DNA of 64,000 nucleotides, from NCBI GenBank assembly GCA_050084985.1, contig JBITNC010000001.1:116188001-116252000 (forward strand), in the 5' to 3' direction. The DNA is from Nageia nagi. Its lineage: Eukaryota > Plantae > Pinophyta. Under the pieces are notes generated by a model. It was not told where the DNA came from. It ran no database searches and was given only the letters and a program-made list of their open reading frames with translations. Positions 13,483 through 26,924 of the stretch are shown here, piece after piece. How positions within the stretch are numbered: the first letter of the stretch is position 1; the number at the start of each line of letters is the position of its first letter. Position numbers and translations under genes: made by a program.

Positions 13483-15137
13483 TATATAGTGGAAGTTGTT
13501 GAGATATTTGTTAAAGATTTATGTGTAGATGTGGTTAAGATATGGTCAAAGTGGATGTGGGGGATGGTAAGATAGAGAGAGGGGGTGTGAGTGGGGAGGT
13601 GTGTTGTAAGTTTAAGGGTAAGGGTGAGATAAGCATGATCAGATAGGTATGAACTATTAAATATACTAAATTCAATGAAAAAAGTTGAATGAGAGATTAG
13701 CTAAAATGTAATCAACAAGGAGAATATTATACAAGATTTTTCATATAAAAAAGGAATATGGAGAATATGTTTTAGCATAGAAATTGATATAAAAATTATA
13801 TCCATAAGGAAACCCAACCTCATAGTGCAAATATCCTTCAACAAGTATATCATTTTCACAATTTAGAATACATGGACACCATTTTTGCCTATTTTTATCC
13901 TAGATAAAATTCAAGAGTTTCTTATCTATACTTTGTAACTATTGTTGTTGATATTTAAAAATATTATTCTTAATTAATGCTTCATAATTTATCATTTCAA
14001 CCATAAATGAATCACATATGAATATGTAAAATGCAAAAGGATAAGAATAGGTAAGAGCATACCTTACTTTAAATAGTCTTCATAGTCTGTTTGTTACGTA
14101 ACTGCAACCTATTACACAAAATTCCTTACTCTTTATTTTTGACCCTATTCTCTTTTATGATATTTTTCTATATATATAAATCCAAAGTTTATATTTTATT
14201 TAATTATGTAGGAATGATAACTACTTCTATTTCAAGTTGCATTCTAATATTACACATCATGTTTCTCTTTTTAGTTAATTAAATTAAGATGTCATTCAAA
14301 TAATGCATACAACATACACATAAAGATAAATAATATCATACTAAATACATGCCATTAGTTACATCCAAAATTAGCCACTTGGATGCTCTTGCGTTAGAAG
14401 GGTATATTTTTCAAATTCAACTTCCTTAACATCTCAACAAATCCAAGGTTTTTTTAATACATCCACTATTAGTGATCACCTTGCAATATTTTGAAGCAAC
14501 CCTTCACTTGATTCTAAAGATACCCTTTCATAACAATTGTTATTCCTTTTTGGAATTCAAAAAGATTTAACCATAGATTGGTTACCATATGTACTTTGTA
14601 CAAGACTAGATCTATAGTCTTTCTTTCTTCTTTCTTTAGTTTATTTTAAGCACTCAAAATCCTTATGTCTAAGCTTTTCTTAAGAAGATAAGCTTTTTAA
14701 AAGGAATAGAGTCTACCATCATGACCTCTTGCTCCATTAGTGCTCCCTCTTTCTGTAGAAGGCATTGATACATTATTTTATGGTTACTCTATTAAGTTTC
14801 CACATGTATCACATGCCTTAAAATTTCTAGAGTATGAGCTACAGCAAACAAATATGGGAGATGTCTATCTAATGGGAGAGATAATAAACCCAATTTGATT
14901 AGGTATTTCAATACCAATTATGAAGATTATACATCTACTTTAGGGAATATATTTACTTTTGATAGTGGTCTAGTTGCATAAATAAGAAATAATAAAATTG
15001 TAACATACAGATCTTCTATAGATGCAAATTATTGAGCTTGTTTAATAACAAGGAAATTTAATATTCATGCAATGTACTTAAGGAGATTATCTTTGAACAA
15101 AAGAGACTATATCAAATGTAGGCGGAAAACTAAAATT

Positions 15138-15326
15138 ATTTATGAGGACATATTCCTCCCCATCATCCCACTTCTACTATGAGATGGTTTTTTCTCAATG
15201 TGGTTTTTTCATCATCTTCTAGCAAATTCTTTGCATATGTTGTACATGAGTACCTGATCAAGCCTTATTTTTGGGACTCATTATTTATGGATGTACCACT
15301 TTACCTCCTTGTTCACTTAAGGGGGG
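15138..15326 (+). mobile_element. Copia 3' internal remnant with PPT, upstream of the LTR at 15327
   Basis: Matches 27400-27589 ('tttatgaggacatattcctc...cacttaagggggg'). Confidence 0.85.
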
Positions 15327-15530
15327 TGTTATAGTATTAATTTCACTTAGGAGTATTTATTTATTTCCTAGGTATTATTTCTAGCCTATTTGTTGTGGTG
15401 ATAACCACTTATTTGTAGCTTTGTGGATTTTACCTTCATGCATGGTTTGCATGCTTTTGTACACTAGCTTGTATTTACCTTATCTATTTGGGCTCCATTC
15501 TCATTTTAGATTGATAAGTTTTAAGGATTC

Positions 15531-18500
15531 TGTTAGGATCCCACATCCTAACATTTTATTGTTAGTATTAGTATTTTATTAAATTATCGCTCTATATTAT
15601 AAACTGTAATATTATGATTATAAGGGCAAGGCCCGATTTTGCATTACTATAAAGGTTAGGGTTAGTTTAATATAAATAGATAGAACTGTGTAGAGAAATG
15701 CATCTTCAATATTATTTTTTTCCTTTGGATTTGTAAGGAGGTAGCCCCCTTAAAAAAGTGGCCTATGATTCTATTACTATTCAGTAAAATCCTATCTTTA
15801 TCTGCTTATTGATGCTATTTCATGTTCTATTTACCAGGGCATGCTTTGTTATTTCTAATAGATAGTTGGCATTTTCCTATTTCAAATCAATATTCATTTC
15901 ATTTCAACAATATATCCCTTTTTCATATTTTTAGCATCATAACATTTGGTATCAAAGCTCTTTCCAAGGCCATTCTACTGCAGGAAAACAAAAAAAAAAA
16001 TAGAGGTCTAAGCTAGAAACCTTCTACTAAGGGTTTTAAAATATCGAGGAGGATCTCTCATTTTTGGCTAAGCACACTTACCCATAAAGCTATGTGTGAA
16101 GTGAGGTGCAAAAAACTCTACACCAATACCTAGGCCTTAGACAAAACCCTACACAGAATTGGACTCCATGTACCGAAAGGTATATCAAAGACTATCTAGG
16201 CTATAAATGAAAACTAGGTAGGAAGTTATGTTGATCATTTGTAAATTTCAGTGCACCAACAAGTGCCGCTAGAAAGTTACTTGTCACAGAAGCCATCTCT
16301 ACAACCTCTTTTCATGTGAAAGTTGGATATGAGGGGTGTTTAGACAAGCCTACAAAGCAAATAATCCTTACCCTAGAATCATTCCTTCACACAAAAACCT
16401 TAATTCAAAAAGTAGAATGTAGAACATGTAGTTTTTTAGAGCTACCAAAAATAGCAATTCAGAGGTAACAAAAACTTCAAAGCTAAATAACTAAAAATCT
16501 ATACCATTTTAGCAATTTTTAACAAAAGCAAATAGACCCATAGACGTAAAAAAAGAAAGAGTTTAAGGGTTCAAAAATCATCATCAGGATACCTATCCCA
16601 TTTTGATCATGTTTTTTAGCTGATTGTTTTGATATATTACACCCATACACTTTTTTGGGCACTTTCTAAAAATAGCAATTTCTAAAAATAGTAGTTTCAA
16701 GAAATATTAGCTTCAAAAGTAGTAATTTTCAAAAATGGCATCTAAAACAAGATCCCAAATAGTAGCACAAGCTAATCCTACCATGATGACATTTCAAACT
16801 ATTATCCAACAAATGGTAGATACACTTACCAATACATTCAGAGTAGAAATTTGATAAATATAGACATAAATACAAACCTTTGATAGTAAATGTGATAGTG
16901 TTCAACTAAGTCTTAGTCATACCAACAATGCATCTAGTTCACAGCAATCAGGGCAATCAAAAAATCCATAAGGGTATCATCATAACTTTCAAAGCCAACA
17001 AAGTGGTTTCATTCTTCCTCGCACAACCAAATTGGATTTTCCTCGATTTGATGGAGATAATCCCACTAGCTAGATTTATAAAGCTAGATAGTATTTCACA
17101 TTGAACCAAATCCCAAAGGATTTGAAGGTGCGCATGGCATCTTTTCATTGGGAACATGAGGATCTCCAATGGCACCAATGGTACTCCTTGCTCCTTCATG
17201 GGATGAATTCACTCAATAATTATTGATTCATTTTAGTCCTAATGACTATGAAGACTTCACAGGGGCATTGACCAAGTTACATCAAACTACAATAGTCAAA
17301 GAATACCAAAATTAGTTTAAGAAATTGCCAAATCACATAGAGGGGTTAGACGATGCATTTTTCATAAGTTATTTTATCAATGAATTAAAGGAAGACATTA
17401 AACTAGAGGTTAAAATGTTTAACCCTAAAACTATGATGGATGTTATTGCCTTGGCAAATATCACTAAAGATAAAGCCAGTGCTCATCAAGAAAATGCAAG
17501 ACCTCCATTCACTAAAACACATAATATTTCCCATTCCTCTACTAACACAAGTGCCCCACCATCGAATCGCATAATGTAAACTAAGAAGTTAATGTGGGAA
17601 GAAATGGAGTGTCAAAAGAAGGGCTTGTGTTATAATTGTGATGAGAAATTTGTTCATGGTCATTGTTGTACACAACAAAAATTATATTTGCTTGATGTTG
17701 ATGGTCCTAGTGAGGAGCAATATGAGAGTGCACCCAAAGAGGCTATAGAAGAAATTCTAAATTAAGAGGCCTCAATTATCTCTTGGAATGCATTGGTAGG
17801 AATTACCACCCCTCAAACTATGAAGATCAAAGGGTTTTTTAAAAAGCACCCTCTCATAATATTGTTGGATTCTGGAAGTACTCATATTTCCATTGATCCA
17901 TGAGTGGCTAAGGTTGTTGACTGTTACATCCACCCTATAAATAATTTTCAGGTTCTGGTTGGTAATGGAATAAAAATAGCATGTAAAGGCACATGTCATA
18001 ATGTCAAACTAAGCATGGACCGCTATACTTTGAAAAGCAACATGTATGCTTTACCACTTGGGGGATGTGATATAGTTTTAGGGGTACAATGCCTAAGGAC
18101 TTTGGGCATCATATAGTGGAATTTTGCAAAGCTATGGATGACCTTCCAAATAGATGAACAAGAGAATACTCCTAGGGGATTATAAGGTGGATCTGTACAA
18201 GTTGTGAGCTCACATCGCATGAAAAAGATCCTACAAAAAACTAGAAAAGTGATGCTAGCATAGTTATACTCTTTATCAATCATCAAATCTAAAATTCTAG
18301 AGTTTAAGGATATGTAGCCCATCTTAAATAAGCATTAAAGTACCTTTGAGGAACCAAGGGGCTTACCACCCTAGTGATCACATGATCATACTATCCAGTT
18401 GGTGCCAAGAATTCACCCACCAAACATTCATCCTTATCGATATCCTTGTTTACAGAAAAATGAAATTGAAAAATTGGTTAATGAACTATTGGATGTGGGA

Positions 18501-21500
18501 GTAATCTGACCTAGTGTAAGCCCATATTCTTCTCCAATTATATTGGTTCCTAAGAAATATGGTTCCCAACATATGTGTGTGGATTTTAGGGCCCTCAACA
18601 AAATTACCATCAAGGACAAATTTCCCATCTTGGTCATTGATGAATTATTGGATGAACTGCATGGGGTAAGATATTTTTCCAAGCTAGACCTATGATCTGG
18701 GTATCACCAAACCCACCTCAAGGAGGAGGATATACCAAAAACTACATTTTGCACTCATGAGGGCCATTATGAGTTCTTGGTCATGCCTTTTAGCCTCACA
18801 AATGCTCCATCCATGTTTAAAAGTTCAATGAATCAGGTGTTTTGTCCATTCCTTAGGAAGTTCATTTTAGTTTTCTTTGATGATATCTTGATCTATAGTA
18901 AGACATGGCAAGAACATGTGGCACATGTTGACCAAACCTTACAAATTTTGAAGGAACACCAACTATATGTAAAAAGATCAAAATGTTCACTCTGCAAGAG
19001 GGAAATTGACTACTTAGGCCATGTTATATCCAATGAGCGAGTTAAGATGGATCCATAAAAGATTACTAACATGCAGAACTGGTCTATTCCTACATCTTTG
19101 AAAAGTCTCTGAGGATTCTTGGGGTTGATAGGCTATTATAGGAAATTTGTGAAGGATTATGGAAAGATTGTAGCACCTTTAACCATGTTGTTGAAAAAGA
19201 ATGCATTCCAATGGTCCCCTCAAGTTGAGGCAGCTTTCCTTAAGCTCAAGGAGATGATGTGTACCACCTCAGTATTAGCAATGGCTAAATTTTTCTAAAA
19301 CCTTTGTGATAGAAATTGATGCTTGTGGAGTAGGAATTGGGGTAGTATTAATGCAAGAAGGGCATCCCTTGGCATTCACTAGTAGAGCACTCTCTAGAAA
19401 AAATTTGGGTAAATCCACATATGAAAAAGAAATGCTTGCCATCATTCATGCAGTTCAATGTTGGAGACCATATCTCATTGGTCACCATGTCATCATCCTC
19501 ACAAATCATCATAGTTTGAAATTTTTGATTAAGTAATGCATTTCTACACCTGAGCAACAAAAATGGGTGACCAAAATACTAGGGTATGATTATGAGATAG
19601 CATACCGTAAAGGTAAAGAGAATGTGGTTGCTGATGCTTTGTCTAGAAAATTTGAAGATCAAGTAGCACTGCAAGTTCTTTGATCTCCTATTCCTTAATG
19701 GTTGGATAAAGTTAAACAAGAGTGGGCAGAGGATAGCTCCACCCAACAATTGCTAAAATAGATCACTCAGGATCCCACGAGTAAACCACACCACACATGG
19801 CATGATGGTATTTTGAGATTCAAAGGTTTAAGTTTGTTATCTTCTCCTTCAAAATGGAAATTAGAAATACTTGTCAAATTGCATTTCACACCTACATTAG
19901 GATATGAAGGATTTTTGGAAACTAATAAGCAAGTGGCACAGTCATTTTATTGGATAGGTATGAAATTGGATATCAAGTAGTTTGTGGCAGCTTGTGATGT
20001 GTGTCAATGAAAAAAGGGTGAGATAGTGGGTACTCTGGGACTCCTTCAACCTCTTTCCATACCTAACTAAACATGGATCAATATCTCAATGGATTTCATT
20101 AAAGGCCTTCCTAAATCTCATGGTAAATCAATTATTCTAGTGGTGGTTGATCAGTTATCCAAATATGCTCATTTTGGTTCATTAGCTCATCTCTACAAAG
20201 TAGTGATAGTGGTACAATTATTCCTGGATACAATTTTCAAACTACATGGCATGCTAGAGATGATTCTCAGTGATTGTGATCCCACTTTTACAAGTCATTT
20301 TTGGCAAGAGCTTTTTAAATTGCAAGGTACCCAACTAAACATGAGCTCAACATATCACTCATAAATTGATGGTCAAACTAAAATTTTCAACAAATGCTCG
20401 AAAACATATATACATTATTTTACTTTAGACCAACCTTTGCATTGGCCATAATGGTTTCCCTTGGTTGAGTGGTGGTATAATACATCTTATCATTCTACCA
20501 GCAAGATGACCCCCTATGAAGTAGTGTATGGTCAAGCTCCACCAATAGTCACCTCATATGTTGCAAGTATGAGTAAAGTTTAGGTAATTGATTCAACTTT
20601 AGTTACTTAGGATGATATTCTTTATTTACTCAAGGATAACCTTTAGATAGCCCAACATTGTATGAAAAAATAGGCTGATCAACAACATGTGGAAAGAGAG
20701 TTTCAGGTAGATGACATGGTCTTTTTAAGGTTGCAACCTTATTGCTAGAAATCCTTAAAAATAAAAGGCCCTCAAAAATTGGCCCCAACATTTTATGGTC
20801 CTTACAAGGTGTTACAACACATTAGCCCAACTGCATAAAAATTAAAGCTTCTTGCTTCTTCCAAGATTCACTAAGTGTTTCATGTATCTTACCTCAAGAA
20901 AGTAGTTAGATCAGATGTTTGAGTTTAGAGATAATTACCTGAGTTGGTAGAGGATGGATCAATGGTAATTGTACCTAAGGTAGTTCTAGATCAATGTTCA
21001 CAATAGCTTCATAATTGCTCCATCACAAAAGTCCTTATGCAGTGGCAAGGCATGGCCCTAGAAGATGCAACATGGGAAATCCTTCATCAACTACAGCAAT
21101 AGTTTCCACACTTCAAACTTTAAGGAAAAAGCTTCATCCCAAGAGAGGTGGCATGTTAGGATCCCACATCCTAACATTTTAGTGTTAGTATTAGTATTTT
21201 ATTAAATTGTTGGCCTATATTATAAACCATAATATTGTGATTGTTAGGGTGGGGCCCAATTTTGCATTACTATTAATGTTAGGGTTAGTTTAATATAAAT
21301 AGATAGAAGTGTGTGGAGAAATGTATCTTGAACATTATTTTTCACCTTTGGAGTTGTAAGGAGGTAGCTTGCTAGAAGTAGCCTGTGATTCCATTACTAT
21401 TCAATAAAATCCTATCCTTATCTACTTCTTGATGTTATTTCATGTTCTATTTACCAGTGCATGCTCTATTATTTCCAATAGATAGTTGTCATTTTCCTAT

Positions 21501-21564
21501 TTCAAATCAATATTCATTTCATTTCTACAATATTTTCCTTTTTCATATTTGTAGCATCATAACA
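15531..21564 (+). mobile_element. Ty3/Gypsy chromovirus (Reina-like), full length, degenerate
   Basis: LTRs 15531-15944 and 21154-21564 (TGTTAG..ATAACA); TSD GATTC/AATTC; PBS tggtatcaaagc 15947-15958; gag with CYNCDEKFVHGHCC; protease LLDSGSTH; RT VMPFSLTNAP..VFFDDILIYS; RNase H IEIDACGVGIG..YEKEMLAI; integrase MDFIKGLPKS; GPY; chromodomain VLMQWQGMALEDATWE (~21030-21080); PPT 21141-21153. Confidence 0.95.
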
Positions 21565-23361
21565 AATTCTACCTTCTCTCCTTATTTTTATGGTGCTCTT
21601 GCATTTTCCTTTCTGGGTTTGATTTGTTTTCCATGTGAATCTTCACATGGTTTTAGAGCAGGTTGGATTCTTTATAGGCATCCAAAACTCTTTATGAAGT
21701 TTTCTCAAATCTGATTCTCTTACTAGGTTATAGCATCTCCATTTGGCTACATTTTTATCCCTAACTCGATCTATAGATCCTTCACATTTCATCTCAGATC
21801 AAGTCATTAAGGTCTTTATGCTTGTGATACTTTTTTTTTTCTAACTAGAAATGAAAACTCTATCTATTGTGCTCATATTTCTCTCTATGGTGTGGATAAT
21901 TATGAATATCTATTGGAAATTAAATAGTATTTTCTATTGTGCACTATGGCTCACCTCACTTGTAAAGTTGGGAAGTCCTTGGTTGACACTCATTGCATGT
22001 TATCCTCTATTGCATATCCTTATCCATGTCTATTTTCTCCTTGGGGGTGGCTTTTCTTCTTAATGATGGTCTGCATTGTGTCTTTGGCTCCTAGCATGAA
22101 CAATCTTCACACTCTACTTGTGATGTGATTTGAGGATGTTGGGAAAGATTTATTGATCTCGTTGGATAACTGTTATCATTTGTGTCTACTACAATTACTA
22201 GTGGTGTTTCTTTGTTGGACTAGGTTTCTCTATTGTAGCTTTTTGTTCCTAATTTAATTCATGTTTGTGACATTGGGAAGGTGAACTTGCTCATACTTGA
22301 CACTCCCATCTACTTGTGTCTCTACCTCCTTCCCCCTTGCATTGTCTCTATTGAAAATTATGGTTATGCTCTAAAGCTTATTTGCAAACTATGGCATGGA
22401 TTAAAGGCACCTAGCACATGCACACTCTCCTCCTCATGACCTTCCTCCTGCTCATGATGCGAGCTAGACCTCCTTGATGTCATCCAGTCTCTTCCAATTT
22501 TGCACCTTTGCAAATTCATTTTTGCAGGTTTGAATTTAAATTTTTTGGACATAGCCTATAGTTTTTTTAAAAAATAAAAAAATAAGTACTTATTTAATTT
22601 TTGAAAAATAGATAAATATTTTGATTTTTTTATAGTTTTTGGGGGCCATTTAATTCATTTTGGAGGCATACACATTTAATTCCATAACTTGGGCAAACGA
22701 ACTCAAATTGGAGTGCCATTTTTTGCATTGAAAAGGTGGAGATGAGATCTTTCAAAATATGTACATTGTAAGCATTGATGGTAAGCTTTTTTAGGGGTAT
22801 CCTTTGAAAGTTAATAAAATTTGGGTAGGATCTTCTTGGTGTTGGTGTGGATTTTTACACCTCCTTGTTGCTTGGTTTCTTGGTTTGCTTGATGTTTTAA
22901 GATAGATCATTCACCATTCAAAATTGAACCTCTCACACCTCATAATTATCACATTTGGAAATCAAGTATGTTGATAGTATTAGCATAAAGAGGACTAAAC
23001 ACACTCATTAAGGAGCAAAAATTCACATTCAAATTAGACTATGAAACTTGATCATTCACAAAGGAAACTAGCGAGGCATTTGGGCTAATAAAATCAAATA
23101 TTAGTGAGAGCTTATGGTTTTATATTGATAGTATAACCATACCAAATGAGGAATGGGATAAATTAGAATCTTTATTTGGAAAAGTTGACATAATGAGGGC
23201 CATGCAAATTGATTCTCAGCTTACTGCTTTATCTCTTGATGACTATCCCACTATGATTGATTATCTCACTAAATTTGAGTTATACTCACAATTGTTGGGT
23301 AGTGGTAAAAATAAGAAAGAAGAAGAATGTATTTATTTGATTTTATCAAAATTGAAGGGCC

Positions 23362-23650
23362 CATTTTATGTATTTGTTTCTACATTCCTCTTTATAATGG
23401 ATGCTATGGGTGATAAATTCACAATGCCTAAGTTATAAGAATTTTGTGAACATATTACAAGGGAAGAGACTAAAATTTCAACTCTTGAGGCATCCTCAAG
23501 AGTTGAAATTCACATTCTATGTATTTGCTTCTACATTCCTCTCTATAATGGATGCTATGGGTGATAAATTCACAATGCCTAAGTTAGAAGAATTTTGTGA
23601 ACATATTACAAGGGAAGAGACTAAAATTTCAACTCTTAAGGCATCCTCAA
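23362..23650 (+). repeat. Tandem duplication (151-bp period) in Copia gag with a fold-back palindrome at the junction
   Basis: Near-identical units start at 23362 and 23513; perfect 17-bp inverted repeat 23474-23490 / 23494-23510. Confidence 0.9.
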
Positions 23651-26519
23651 CTTCATATAAGGCATTAACCACATCTAAATGCAAATTCAAGCTCAAACCT
23701 ATGCCCAAATCCAATACACCATAGCCAGTTCCAAAATCCCATGACTCTAAATCCACTCAAGAAAAAGAGAAGCCTACTTGTTCTTATTGTGGGAAGCTTG
23801 GTCATGTCAATGAAAACTATTACAAAAATATGAAAGATGATAAAAAGAAGAAAAAATTTAAAACTTATCATGTATTAGGTAAAGCTTTGAATGTTCATGG
23901 GAAGGGACATTCAATTTCAAAGAGTTGGGTTATGGATTTAGGTGCCTCTCATCACATGACTCCATCCAAAGAGTCTTTTCCATCTCTTTGTTCTACTTCT
24001 ACTTATAGTATTGAGGTTGGTGATTCCTCTCACATTTATTTGAAGGGGAAAGGGGACATTCCTATTGAATATGGTCACATCCTTGATGTGCTTTTGGTTC
24101 CTGATCTCTCTATCAATCTTCTTTCTATGTATCATATTTATAATATTGGTAGTGGAAGGACTATTTTATACACACTTGATGATTTTGAGATTCATAGTTT
24201 GCATGAGGTAATATTGACCATTCCTTGAGGATCTATTAGTTTGAGGGCTTTAATGATACTAATTTAGGTACTAGGTTGGTTTACCATGTAGATTATATGA
24301 GTAGACTTTGCCATGAGATGTTTGAGCACCTCAACTATAGATATTTGTAGTATGATAAGATCATTGACTTGCATAAAGTGTCTTATTCTAATGGTGTTTT
24401 CCTTAGTTGTGCCCTTGGGAAGCAAAATCAAGACTCTTTTCCTAAAGGTAAAGCTAATCATGCCTCTTCTCTTTTAGAGTTGGTGCATAGTGACTTGATG
24501 ATCTTTCCACACCCATCCTTAATAGGAGCTCGGTATGCAGTGACTTTTATTGATGATTTATTGAGACATACTTGGGTGTATTTTCTCAAGTACAAGAGTG
24601 ATATCTTTTCTCATTTTAAATTCTTCAAGGATTTGGTCAAGAATCAGTCTTCCAGTTGCATCAAGAAGCTTCACACAAATAATGGGGAGTGTACTTTAGC
24701 ACAGAGTTTTCAAAGTTCCTTGAGAAGTATGGAATAATTGATCAACATTTAGTCCCTCTCACTCCACAAAAGAATGGAGTTACAAAAATAAAGAACCAAA
24801 CATTGAAGGAGATGACTAATTATATGATGCATTCTAGAGACTTACCTCCTATTTTCTAGGATGATGCAGTCAATTATGTGAACTACATCCAGAATAGGAC
24901 TCCTCATCAAGCATTTGATCACATGACTATTGAAGAGGCTTGGAGTGGAGGCAAGCCATATGTCTTACACTTTAGATTGTTTGGTAGTCATGCTTGGGCC
25001 TTCATTCCAAAAACCAAGAATAAGACCTTGGATAAAAAGAGTAATCCTCTCATATTTGTTTGTTATAGGGAGGATATGAAGGCATATCAATTAATTGATC
25101 TTGATACCCATGATCTTTTCTTTCACACTCATGTTTAGTTTAATGAACACATTCCTAATTCTCCCTCTTCATCTCCTTCCTCGATCTTACCTGACTCATG
25201 TGACACATCTTCTAAGGTCTTTCATAAGGAGGATATTCTTGAGGTTATTTCTCCCATAGCAGTTATTGATCCTCCTACACCTCCATCACCTATAGTTATT
25301 GCTACTTCTCATGTTGATGTTGCATCTTCTTTCACTGCTAGTAGTTGCATGCCCAAATGGGCTCACTCTACACTTAAAGATGCAGCACCTTTCATCAAGG
25401 ATCTCCCTCCTTCTTGCTACTATTCCACCTATTCCAATCTAGTTGGTCACACACATTCAAGTGATCCATATATTCTTTTAGAGGCTCATGGTATACCAAA
25501 GTGGAATGCTACCATGGTAGATAAGTATTCTTCCTTGTTGAAGAATAATACCTAGGAGCTTGTTTCATTTCCCCATGGGAGAAAGTTGGTTTGGTGTAAA
25601 TGGGTGTACTCAACCAAGTATTTAGCTGATGGTTCCATTAATAAGTATAAGGTTAGTCTTGTTGCTAAGGGGTTCTCACAAGTTGAAGGGGTTGACTACT
25701 CTGATATCTTTGCCCCTATGGCCAAGATGGATTCAGTTCACCTTGTACGTACTCTTGATACTTTTAAGGGATGGTTAGTATTTTAGATAGATATGAAGAG
25801 CACCTTTTTGTATGGTGATTTGCATGAGGATATCTACATGGATAAGCCATCCAATTTTATCTAGGATTCCTCACTTATTTATAGGCTTAGAAAATCTCTC
25901 TACGGCCTCAAAAAAGCTCCTTGGGCATAGTATGAGAAGTTAGATTCTTTTCTCCTCTCCATAGATTTTGCATAGTGTTTCTCAAACCCTACAGCCTATA
26001 TCTAGAGACATAGAGTAGATACCACTATTTTGTTATAATATGTTGATGATGTTATTCTCATCGACACCTCCCTCTCTCTCATTCAGACAATTTAGAAGGA
26101 TTTATATGAGAGATTTGAGATGGCATACCTTGGACTTGCCCATTACTTTCTTAGTTTTTAGGTGACATAGACATATTTAGGGATTTTTATATCTTAGTAG
26201 AAATATGCCTTGGATCTTGTTTAGTAGTTTAGGATGATGAATTGCAATCCTTCTCTGACAACTTTTTAGAGTGGGGTGACTTTGACTTCCACTTGCACTT
26301 CACCACTGTATGATGCTACTTTGTATCACTAGTTGGTTGGAAGTATTCTATACCTTACCCATACTCAATCAAATATTTCATATGCTATTAGTTTTATTTC
26401 TCAATTTACATATACCCCTCATGATTCTCATTGGTATGCAACCAAGAGGATTCTTTGATATGTGAGGGGAACTACCCACTTCATTCTGCATGACATGAGA
26501 AGTGATCTAGTGTTGAGTG

Positions 26520-26924
26520 TGTTGGAATGTATAATGCATTATTGTATGGTTTGTAATAATCCTCTTTGTAAATTCACTAATACTTAAGGGTATCATTAGA
26601 TAACTTAAGTATTTAAGTGAATATGATAATGTAACTTGTCCTACACTCTATGTCATGAGCATGCCCCATGGGTAAAAGGGATTAGCATGTCATGCCTTTG
26701 TACATTGGTTAAAAAGGTGATCCAAAGAGGGATTTTGGCCTATAAATAGAAGGGTCCCTCTTTGTGATCACTTACCAATTTTTGAAGTAAAGTTATGTTA
26801 TAGGATAGTGTTTAGGATATGAGATTAGGATAATTGTAAGAGTGTAGTATTTTTGAATGAAGTAAGATCTAGTTAGTGGATGTACTCCTAATTGGATTGT
26901 ATTAGTTATATTTCAAACCATTCA
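26520..26924 (+). mobile_element. Solo LTR inserted at the Copia RT/RNase H junction
   Basis: TG...CA ends, perfect TSD GAGTG (26515-26519 / 26925-26929), internal TATA 'cctataaata'. Removing it restores DLVLSGYTNSNWVG. Confidence 0.9.

Larger units (their letters stand above)
6140..13730 (-). mobile_element. Second LINE copy, split by the LTR element (pieces ~6140-7927 and 13483-13730)
   Basis: Direct similarity to 330-3300; RT core deleted. Confidence 0.8.
5719..15040 (+). repeat. Tandem segmental duplication, unit 2 (LTR element inserted at 7928-13482; ~1 kb of LINE deleted)
   Basis: Colinear with 1-4600. Unit-1 sequence ~1705-2725 is missing at ~7540-7590. Unit-1 'gatcttgttt|atagtagaag' (3051-3070) is the empty site of the insertion. 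Confidence 0.9.

Noticed and set aside
15822-21714. Duplicated ORFs MFYLP.. at 15822 and 21442
   Set aside because: They are simply the two LTR copies of the Reina-like element.
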